A stretch of DNA of 45,935 nt from Thermoplasmata archaeon (GTDB lineage Archaea; Thermoplasmatota; Thermoplasmata; GCA-020350865), in NCBI GenBank assembly GCA_020348445.1, contig CP070751.1, positions 951,416 through 997,350 on the forward strand. Reading direction: 5' to 3'. Positions 9,701-17,256 of the stretch are shown in pieces. The position numbers and the translations under genes are program-made. Positions within the stretch are counted from its first letter, which is position 1. Every line of letters starts with the position of its first letter. Below the pieces are notes generated by a model that saw nothing but the letters and a program-made list of their open reading frames with translations, did no database searches and had not been told where the DNA came from.

Positions 9701-11572
9701 GAGCTTGTTGGAGGGGTCTTTATCTCCTATTCTTTTGAAGAGGAATACAATATGGATCTGATGGCCAGAATCGAATTTGGTGATGTATCGCAGATTGGAG
9801 ACTGCATATGGACCCACGGTATAAGCATGAAATCAAATGAAGAGGGCTCCATATTCACAAAGGTCTTTCTAACTGGTCTTCCGCAGAGTGCAGAACTAAG
9901 ACTGGAGCTTGCAGGTGACAGACGTGTCGTTGATTTTACGCTTATCAACTTCCAGCCTAGATACGATTTTTTGATATTTGATGTAAAGGCAATGGATGAT
10001 ATTGAGGTTCTATTTTATATCGATGATATCGCGGGAAAAATCCACGAGATTTCATTTAACTCCAGTTTCAATATCTCCTTTTCAAACACCATAGCAAATC
10101 TTGACTGCCGGGTACGATCAGATGAGGACCTTGGGAGCATATTTCTCGAGGGGCGAATAGATGAACCTTATCCCACACAGGTTGAAATGTACCTATCCAG
10201 TGTTCCTAAAAATCTTGATACAAGGATCTCTGCACAAAATGATATCAGCCTTTCACACAACGCTAGTAGATTTATAGAGCATCTTTTGCTGAACATTGAA
10301 AGAGAAATCGAAGACAGTTGGTACAACGGAACTGTGATTGCACACGAGATTCCCACCAATCTCGATATCGCTTTTAAGACAAATACCAAATACACGAAAG
10401 ACACACCACTTGTGGGAATGCCTGGCGTTAACGTGAAGACAGACCACGATACACTTGATCTTTACATGAACATGGATGGCAGAGCTTTTGGAAGAAGGGG
10501 AAGCTATGAAGTGTACGTCGAGAACCTGAGATCAGGACTTTCGGCCGGCCTTATAGGTGACTCTTACAAGATAAGAGCTGAAAATCTTGATCATTTTGTA
10601 TTGGTCTCTAGAGATATGCCAATTATGCCCATGTACCACCTGAAATCCATGAGCCTTTGTGCCAATGATTTAAAGAGCCTTGATCTAAAAGTACAACTAG
10701 CAGCTAACTCTCTTCCCGTAATTCAATTGGATAATGCACGTTGCAAAGATCTGAGGCTCGCACTTTCACATGACATGGATTTTCTAGGTGCCAGACTTTC
10801 CCCAAATATCGTTTTGTCAGAGGCCACGTTCTACCAATCAAGTAATTCTAATCTACTGATATTGTTCAAGAGCCCAACACATATCAACGGCATCTCCACG
10901 AGTCTTGAAAAGGGAAGGACTGTGGTTCTCGTTCCAAACCTTTTTATGACACTGGTGGTCACATTTGCACCTCTTTTTGTGGTACTTCATGTTCTTCTTT
11001 TTGCACTGTGGGGCATGGTGAAGATCCGTCAGGGTATGAAAAAAGGATATGAAGAGAACCCCGAAGACGAAGAACCACAAGATGACAAGGCAAACAATAA
11101 ATCCAATCCTAACGACAAAACCCAAAGCACAAAAGAAGATAAAAAGTGGGGTAAAAGGAAAAAAATGGTTGTGGTGGTTTTCCTATTGATTATTCTTGCT
11201 AGTCTATTGTATTATTTCATGGTGCCCTGGGTGGAACTTTCTGTCTCCACAAGCTTTTCTGAGACCCCTTCAGGTATTTTTGTGGTCTGCGAAGCTTCAA
11301 ATACAGGTACCGTTATGGTCGAGGATCTAAGCATTAATGTCAATGTTTATAACTCCTCTGGAGTGCTTATGAACACTACTTTCTTTTCCTCCTCCATCCT
11401 AAAAAGATGGCAGTATGCACATGGTTATGTGCAATATTTTGGAGATCAGTTTGAATCCTACAAAATCGAAATCTCGGTTTACTTCAAAGCAAATGGCAAG
11501 GGATACAGAGACACTTTTTCTCACGAGGCCAGTGATTACATGAGACTGGCCTTCGAAAAAAAGGTACCGTAA
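6743..11572 (+). CDS. Giant multi-TM surface protein: Ig-like domain, long beta-rich repeat region, two TM helices, C-terminal Ig/FxLYD-like domain
   Basis: ORF track gives 6599..11572, but its first 48 codons overlap the previous gene; ATG 6743 (or 6755) is more plausible. TM near the N-terminus, DIDSDGTDD Ca-like motif, PPRVRITYP...GLHTVYVRA Ig-like strand pattern, two late TM helices. Confidence 0.82.
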   Translation: MVHNMQKFRNTISGISKRADKFVPKHDLFFKSMFTLFFVILVALQPALLEGNISDKIPKAYHDFGVYEGRNALLSNISAIEESQEIAEIAEGVLDVTIHDNTDDIQFWDGVSDAMSFRTLDVPEMEMPGIIGRAQDFGVKTIIGTIAEGRSYYIYANSSDNPDGTWVTHLSVGDMTKRPVIHSKLVSNEVVIEPLNPTPVDIDSDGTDDIEVELVIEATVDGGLSTNFSDPLGNIPIPSIPPIPNTSDNPPRVRITYPPTSLWIVGRSLISDTWRIGGWTWEFDLETDSPEIEKVVVAFDDNGENATWEEATLSKIINPPNILLNWFRWTYDINLRDFDNGLHTVYVRAYEGDDFTEDSVTILVSNPVYKGMRLLVNVDRINSAFDQASEINILRPLSHGGNQYIWSLGMNFDDIPDSFKAYLSPDALSLNNHLPTPGSPLLGSVIVEYLEGPFHLGWDASATPPGLGFCFSHAQVDSTENNLTEATWLKLNFTGSDPPQFAEIMLSLNTTMQIGLNFSADANLLSWQSDKETNLQLVYHDERDKDTIHMIATVFGLPRNLEIELENQSSIKPYDVYTSIHLNASSGIAGLVIKEYIFEDEKLHIGLGVNISNLPKNFFLNGTYSAFSIKSPKIQDIAGDFMWPYLWDVISMLVGRIFVQVAERVVSLPLRFLDSGLLSGEYILSMPEGEKIDKLSFYLTDYEYPQSDGNFLCFYSTSDTNLSLSGRFFNIQGLHALSNESGILLDAELITDQKLTIINCHGTEGKDFEYVHLSNIPSHFIMSINESNLNYSANENIDWLEFLSNNSGTHIYIKITDMPKKLNFVQGESSIMLDTHGEGITSLEFVVSDSRAKSLDGNYLMLISNPDMKMLSGRISNIKRLYYSNALPQTLALSLKGGYPLQIAGRIESQNIQDNLVLDAQIANLPDELTISVPNDRFSASFDILNITSVSGVKDLVGKFASLSDIGNTFLGLMVNITELLTTELSELVGGVFISYSFEEEYNMDLMARIEFGDVSQIGDCIWTHGISMKSNEEGSIFTKVFLTGLPQSAELRLELAGDRRVVDFTLINFQPRYDFLIFDVKAMDDIEVLFYIDDIAGKIHEISFNSSFNISFSNTIANLDCRVRSDEDLGSIFLEGRIDEPYPTQVEMYLSSVPKNLDTRISAQNDISLSHNASRFIEHLLLNIEREIEDSWYNGTVIAHEIPTNLDIAFKTNTKYTKDTPLVGMPGVNVKTDHDTLDLYMNMDGRAFGRRGSYEVYVENLRSGLSAGLIGDSYKIRAENLDHFVLVSRDMPIMPMYHLKSMSLCANDLKSLDLKVQLAANSLPVIQLDNARCKDLRLALSHDMDFLGARLSPNIVLSEATFYQSSNSNLLILFKSPTHINGISTSLEKGRTVVLVPNLFMTLVVTFAPLFVVLHVLLFALWGMVKIRQGMKKGYEENPEDEEPQDDKANNKSNPNDKTQSTKEDKKWGKRKKMVVVVFLLIILASLLYYFMVPWVELSVSTSFSETPSGIFVVCEASNTGTVMVEDLSINVNVYNSSGVLMNTTFFSSSILKRWQYAHGYVQYFGDQFESYKIEISVYFKANGKGYRDTFSHEASDYMRLAFEKKVP

Positions 11573-11583
11573 GAGAATGTGTT

Positions 11584-12858
11584 TCACAAGGTGGGATCAA
11601 CGACCCTACCTATGAATAATATGTTCCCTGTTTCTTTGTCCTGTACGAGGAATATGAATGGATGATCTGCATAGAATGTGGGTGGGCCGGAATACGTTCC
11701 AATTGTCACGGCAGTTGCCGCTGCAGCCTCTGTTCCTTTTTCGTTCACCTCGATAAAACCCTGATGAATTACAGATGTAATATAAAGGTCTTTTTTGCCG
11801 TTCATTCCCGAAAAATCTGCCTGTGCTTCCGAAAATGCAGTTAGCATGCCCATCTCTTTCAGGGTATCGGACATGAAATATTTGGTCTCCAACTTGAATT
11901 TGGGCATGTAAACCTCAATTTCCGTTTCCCTAAGTTCACTTCTTAACTGGTTCAAGCTCTCTGCACTTAAGGACTCTTCAAGGGAATCCAGGTTATCCTC
12001 TGTAGGAAGAAGTATGAGCATGGATAGATCATCTCCCTTATATGGCAGCTCAATGATTTGGGCTATATCTGTCGCCGTGTAATTGAAGGACTCACCACTT
12101 AAACCCATCATCTGGACCTTAACTGTTTTTTCTGAGCTGACTCTAAAATCCGCTTCCTGGGTGTTTTCCTCGTCAAATTGTGTGGCCCAATCTCCTTTAA
12201 AATAGATTGCATTGGTAAGAACGAGCCTTGTTAACTCATTGATTACCCCCGGCGGGATTAGATCCTGTATTTTATCGTTTGTTCGCTCTTCTACCCAGTT
12301 ATTTATGGTTTCCCTTGATTCTTCAGGCTCTCCTTTAAAGTCTAAATCGGTGGTCTTCCCCATGTAGTATTGTTCTATTATATTCAAATAATCAGTTAAG
12401 AATTTATAATCCTCTTGGGTCCATAATGCATTTGCCGTACTGAGGATGTAATCTGTATTATCTATATTGTATTCGTTATACAATCTAGCAAATGCTGCTC
12501 TTCGTGTAATATCTTCCTCTGGAAAATGAAGAACAGATTGCATCTCTGAGGCTGTCTGCCCCCTTGCGCCCTCGTAGGTCATTGCAAGGGCAACAGAGAT
12601 GCTGTACGGAGAGAAAAAGATGTTATCCTCCTTATCCTTATATTGCAGATAGAGCTCAAATGCAAATTGATTATTAGCGTAAACAACACTGGCTACACCT
12701 TGTGAGGTTGCCATGCTGTCATCTGCAAAGGATCGTATTTGGTCCTCTTCTCCCACAAAGGAATCCGTAACTGGTTGGTTGATACAACCGCCGAAAAAGA
12801 TGTTAAAGGTAACGACGATGGTGGCTATCATCCCAATGAAAACTGTTTTTCGGGTCAT
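11584..12858 (-). CDS. Serpin-family protease inhibitor, predicted lipoprotein
   Basis: NIFFSPYSI, LVLTNAIYFKGDW, hinge EKGTEAAAATAV and C-terminal FYADHPFIFLV...ILFIGRVVDP are serpin signatures. N-terminal hydrophobic segment ends in FFGGC (lipobox-like). Confidence 0.96.
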   Translation of the reverse strand: MTRKTVFIGMIATIVVTFNIFFGGCINQPVTDSFVGEEDQIRSFADDSMATSQGVASVVYANNQFAFELYLQYKDKEDNIFFSPYSISVALAMTYEGARGQTASEMQSVLHFPEEDITRRAAFARLYNEYNIDNTDYILSTANALWTQEDYKFLTDYLNIIEQYYMGKTTDLDFKGEPEESRETINNWVEERTNDKIQDLIPPGVINELTRLVLTNAIYFKGDWATQFDEENTQEADFRVSSEKTVKVQMMGLSGESFNYTATDIAQIIELPYKGDDLSMLILLPTEDNLDSLEESLSAESLNQLRSELRETEIEVYMPKFKLETKYFMSDTLKEMGMLTAFSEAQADFSGMNGKKDLYITSVIHQGFIEVNEKGTEAAAATAVTIGTYSGPPTFYADHPFIFLVQDKETGNILFIGRVVDPTL

Positions 12859-12899
12859 GTTTAAATGAACGTTTATAATGATATATTATACTTATCTTA

Positions 12900-12939
12900 A
12901 CATGTCATTTACATGTCAAGTCATGTTGATTACATGTCA
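12900..12939. promoter_or_regulatory. Four phased ACATGTCA-like sites upstream of the serpin promoter
   Basis: ACATGTCA at 12900, 12911 and 12932, with TCATGTTG at 12921. A TATA-like AT tract lies at about 12873-12890, before the ATG at 12858. Confidence 0.5.
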
Positions 12940-13050
12940 GTACAATGAACTCGATTATAGAAGGACGAAAGAGGAATTGATAAAGAGGGGATGACAAAGA
13001 GAAGGGATGAGAAGTGTGAGTGAACTTAGTATATTAATTGGTTACGAACC

Positions 13051-14889
13051 TCACAAGGGAACTTCCCATTCACATTTTGAAATAGCATGAATATAATATC
13101 CCCTTCCAGGTTCAAAATGATCTGAGGGACCTAATCCTATCCACTTTTGTGCGGTGGCATTGTAAGTCCATATTGCGTTCACATCCACGTCAAAGGTGAG
13201 GTTGTTCAATCCCTTAGTCCTATCATGGCTCGAAAGTGAGGGATATCCAACCATGTTCCAGCCAGGATAAAGGGTAATTATTTGGTTCTCTGTTGGTTCT
13301 GTACCATTATAATAGAATATCGTATCTCCAGATTGCGTGATATGAATCCAGAAGCCCATTTTTTCATTTATCAGGTTCAAATCATTGCCATAGGGCTCCC
13401 CCTTTTTGTAATGCTTCCAGTCTTTATTTAGATCTAGCCATTGAACTGCATCATAGGAGCCACTAATTGAACCAAGCACATCATTTAAATCCTGATCAGT
13501 TTGAACCCAGGGAACTGAAACCAGGTTCCATCCTTTCTTTAAAATGGTATAACTCCCGGGAGGCGGTTCGACATAACTTCCAAAGCAGTACAGCCTTCCG
13601 CCATTGCCATGTGTCCCCACAAAAGCCCTTCCATTGGAGATTGCAGCCGTGGCGTCCACATCACCCTGCGTATCAAATCGCCATAAATAATCCTCTAAAC
13701 CTGGAGTTTGGGTCAAGTTAAAGCAGTAGATGAAGTTGTCTTTTGAGCCTATGTATAATCTATTATTTGTCACAGCAGGGGATGACCAGGTACTATGGAT
13801 GTTGTACTGCCAAATTACAGTGGTTACGCCTCCACCTCCCGTGGCATCAAGACAAAATAGGTTGCCTGAATTACTGTCGGAAATTGAGCCTACATATATC
13901 CTTCCATTGTAATAGCCTGCAGAGCAGAAGAAAGAAACTGGGTAGCCAGGATAGAACTCCCAGATCTTTGTCAGGTTCGACTCGTAAAGGCAATACAGCC
14001 GATTTACGTCCTTTGCAGTATCGTAACCGCAGCCCACATATATTCTATCATTTACAATCAGAGGAGAAAAATACGAGGCATAGGCCATATCAAATGTATT
14101 GTTTGCAGTTGCAGTTGCTGTTGGCTGGTTCTCTTTTATTTGGTACAAATATCCATCGCATGCAGAAAGATACACATGACCATTTGAATAGGCAGGTGCC
14201 GCATACAATCCCCAATTATCTAATCCACTGGATAATGTTTGAAACTTCCACAATACTTCACCTGTATATTGATCAATACAGTACAGCTTCCTGTCACTGC
14301 CTCCGATAAATACCTTGCCATTTGCCACAGTGGGTGAACCGTCACCGTGCTTGTAATTACCTGGATCGTCCACCCTCCATTTGATTGTGCCATTATTTGC
14401 ATAAAGGCAATATATCCTGTCTCCTCCAAAATAGATGTAACCGTCAGAGTATGCAGGTGAAGAACATACCCCAAATGTACCTGTCACAGGCTCGATAGTG
14501 TAAGTTCTCCAGGCAAGTGTGCCATTGTTCTCATAATAGCAATTCATTGCCTCGTCAGCACCTATAAATACCCTGCCATCTGCAAGACAAGGGGAGCTGT
14601 AAGTTGAGCCACCAGTTGAACTGTACCAAGAGTATTCGTTTATTGTAGGGCCGAAAGATGTAGTATAGCTGGTGTGCTTTGGATTGTTAAGATACATGGG
14701 CCAGGGCTCGCCTGCCCTTGTTGGGCGGCTCATATCCTGATCAGAAGCGGTGTAAATCTCATCTTCCACATCCTCGTAGTCCACGGTCTCTTTCGGCTGA
14801 GTGCGAATAACCATACTACTTGCCATAATAAGAACAGTGATAAGAAATACAATAAATACTCTAATACTAAAACTTCTCATCTTCATCAC
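13051..14889 (-). CDS. Secreted PQQ-type beta-propeller protein with C-terminal WEVPL module
   Basis: Signal peptide, WPMYLNNPKHTSY start of propeller, repeated SSP(A/T)V..G..(F/Y)IG..D..LYC motifs. C-terminus is GWNL...GFWIH...GWNM...GYYIH...CEWEVPL. Confidence 0.9.
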   Translation of the reverse strand: MMKMRSFSIRVFIVFLITVLIMASSMVIRTQPKETVDYEDVEDEIYTASDQDMSRPTRAGEPWPMYLNNPKHTSYTTSFGPTINEYSWYSSTGGSTYSSPCLADGRVFIGADEAMNCYYENNGTLAWRTYTIEPVTGTFGVCSSPAYSDGYIYFGGDRIYCLYANNGTIKWRVDDPGNYKHGDGSPTVANGKVFIGGSDRKLYCIDQYTGEVLWKFQTLSSGLDNWGLYAAPAYSNGHVYLSACDGYLYQIKENQPTATATANNTFDMAYASYFSPLIVNDRIYVGCGYDTAKDVNRLYCLYESNLTKIWEFYPGYPVSFFCSAGYYNGRIYVGSISDSNSGNLFCLDATGGGGVTTVIWQYNIHSTWSSPAVTNNRLYIGSKDNFIYCFNLTQTPGLEDYLWRFDTQGDVDATAAISNGRAFVGTHGNGGRLYCFGSYVEPPPGSYTILKKGWNLVSVPWVQTDQDLNDVLGSISGSYDAVQWLDLNKDWKHYKKGEPYGNDLNLINEKMGFWIHITQSGDTIFYYNGTEPTENQIITLYPGWNMVGYPSLSSHDRTKGLNNLTFDVDVNAIWTYNATAQKWIGLGPSDHFEPGRGYYIHAISKCEWEVPL

Positions 14890-15089
14890 CCACTCCGAAC
14901 TTACTTGTTTTATAGTTTCCGATACGCTTTTGTAAATATAAATAATTTATCATGAATATATATACCAGTTTATACAAGGATTAACTGGTTTTAAAGGGTG
15001 TAGCATCGGGTTGAATTGGACAAATTAATTATTTATAATATGTGTTATAGTGTGCGGAAAATGGTCCTGAGGATTTAGATAAATTTTTT

Positions 15090-17006
15090 CTACTCAATCC
15101 CATGAGTTTTTTTCATATGTTTTTCGAGATTGATTTTTTTTAGTCGTACATTGCATTTTGGACATTTTGTCCATTCCTCTTCATCTTCTTCACTTTCTGA
15201 CTCTTTATCGGATTGTTGTCTCTTCTTCAGCATTATTATGCTAGCCACGATAATGACAATCAAAATGACAATGATTATGATTAGCCATCCATAATCCCAA
15301 ATATTCCATTCCTCATCACGAGGATAATCGCCTTTATCTGTTGGATCAGTTTCTGCCTTGTACTCATCAAGGTTGGAAAAACCGTCGCCGTCTGCATCTT
15401 TATTGGCATCTGTTGGATCGGTGGTATTTAGGCCATATTTCTCCTCCCAGGAATCTGGTATTCCATCATTGTCATCATCAGGATCAGCATTATCCCCTAT
15501 TTCATCATTATCAGAATCTATCCATTCACTGGAATTATTTGGAAATGCATCTTCATTATCTGGATGTCCATCACCATCACTGTCAATAAATTTTGAAATA
15601 TCGCTTAAAAGACTTTCATACCAATACACAGTCAACCAGGGCTTGTACGACACATTATCATTAACTGCATCGCCACTGCCTTCTCCAGATCCACTGGGCC
15701 CATCCTCAGATCCCCACCAATTGTACCTTGCATCCACATATGCCTCGGCAAACACTCCATATTCTAGATTGTTGTATATATTATTATGAGTCAGTTTATT
15801 ATTGACGTGATCATGTTTAATATGAATACCATACTGTCCATTGTGAGCTATAGTGTTATTTTCTACGATATTTCCTCCTCCCATACCTGAGATATATATC
15901 CCCGAGGCTGAGTTATTGTTAATTCTGTTTCTGATCACTGTATTATTTGGACCCCATAAAGTTACCCCATGTTCTACATTATTGGTAATTGTATTATTTT
16001 CAATTATTATGTTTGATCCGTACCATAAGTAAACACCGCCATAATCCATTATGTTATTTTTTATCAAAAAGTAATGACAATCTCTTAGAATAACCGTGCC
16101 TGCTTTCCCATCAATGGTTATTGGGCTATTCTCAGTCCCTGATATGCCATCAAAATAATAAACTCCCTGTCCATTCAATGTATTATTTAATACCTCAATA
16201 CCGTCGCATACATTAATGGAATTATTAATCAGAGTATTGTTGTTTATTTTATTTTTTGTTCCACCTTTTGCAGCGATCCCATGACCCTTGTTATCTGTAA
16301 CCACGTTGTTCTCAACAACAGATTTATCGCCCCAGCTAACAGCAATACCTTCGTATTGGTTATTGCTAACTACATTGTTTTTTACGATGTTGCCTGTTCC
16401 ACCTGCTATCTCAATACCCAATCCTGCATTACCACTTACCAAATTAGATTCTATTATATTCCCGGATCCATATGCCGAGACAATTCCATTGGCTCCGTAA
16501 CCAAGCACTATATCTTCAACGATATTGTTTTTTATTACGTTATTTGAACCATCATTGTTAGGTATTCCTACCCATCTGCTCCGTCTGACTGAATTGTTCT
16601 CAATTAGGCAGTTCGATCCCGTTATTTTAATGCCGTTACCGCCGTCTTCAACATCAAAGCCCTTGAACGTGACCCAACTCGCAGTAATCTCGACAACTGT
16701 CTTTTGTTGTGTCGGGTCATTTATCGTATTGTTGATACTAACGTCCTCTGTTTCTTCTCCAATCACTGTCAGTTTTTTGTCTATTACTATATTCTCTTCA
16801 TATTTACCGGCAAATACATGTACCGTATCCCAATCACTTGCATTATCTATGGCCTGCTGAATAGTTGGATAATCTGTTGGGACATAGATTGTTGTCTCGC
16901 CCTCTGCCTCCCCAACGAACTTGTCAAAAAACCCGATTATCCCGGTGAACATCCATCCCAGAAACAGAAAAACCAACACCATTGAAATTATCTTTTTCAT
17001 TTTCAT
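15090..17006 (-). CDS. Right-handed beta-helix (NosD/CASH-like) surface protein with TSP3 repeats, TM anchor and cytoplasmic C2H2-type finger
   Basis: IYVPTDYPTIQQAIDNA start, Asn-rich N.I.NN.. repeats, DSDGDGHPD repeats, poly-Ile TM, terminal CPKC-x11-H-x4-H. Confidence 0.9.
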   Translation of the reverse strand: MKMKKIISMVLVFLFLGWMFTGIIGFFDKFVGEAEGETTIYVPTDYPTIQQAIDNASDWDTVHVFAGKYEENIVIDKKLTVIGEETEDVSINNTINDPTQQKTVVEITASWVTFKGFDVEDGGNGIKITGSNCLIENNSVRRSRWVGIPNNDGSNNVIKNNIVEDIVLGYGANGIVSAYGSGNIIESNLVSGNAGLGIEIAGGTGNIVKNNVVSNNQYEGIAVSWGDKSVVENNVVTDNKGHGIAAKGGTKNKINNNTLINNSINVCDGIEVLNNTLNGQGVYYFDGISGTENSPITIDGKAGTVILRDCHYFLIKNNIMDYGGVYLWYGSNIIIENNTITNNVEHGVTLWGPNNTVIRNRINNNSASGIYISGMGGGNIVENNTIAHNGQYGIHIKHDHVNNKLTHNNIYNNLEYGVFAEAYVDARYNWWGSEDGPSGSGEGSGDAVNDNVSYKPWLTVYWYESLLSDISKFIDSDGDGHPDNEDAFPNNSSEWIDSDNDEIGDNADPDDDNDGIPDSWEEKYGLNTTDPTDANKDADGDGFSNLDEYKAETDPTDKGDYPRDEEWNIWDYGWLIIIIVILIVIIVASIIMLKKRQQSDKESESEEDEEEWTKCPKCNVRLKKINLEKHMKKTHGIE

Positions 17007-17239
17007 GACATATCCCTTTTATGACTGACTTTTATTATCTTTTTAACTCCGTATCCCACCCTCTGCTCGCTTTATTTATTGCTAACCTTGCCAAATGGAA
17101 TTAATAAAATACAGGCTTATAACTCTTTTTGTGGCTTCATAAATTACCTATGGCCTTTCGCTCTACTCCCTGATTCCTTAATTTATTCTCGGAAACGATT
17201 GGTAGGGATTCTGTTATTGGATTTGGCAGGCACAGAAGA

Positions 17240-17256
17240 GGGGATGCAGAATCCCT
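17240..17256. other. GGGAT-n5-ATCCC hairpin abutting the stop codon of the WEVPL gene at 17257
   Basis: GGGGATGCAGAATCCCT directly precedes TTA (minus-strand stop). It matches the right end of the G-rich repeat. Confidence 0.65.
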
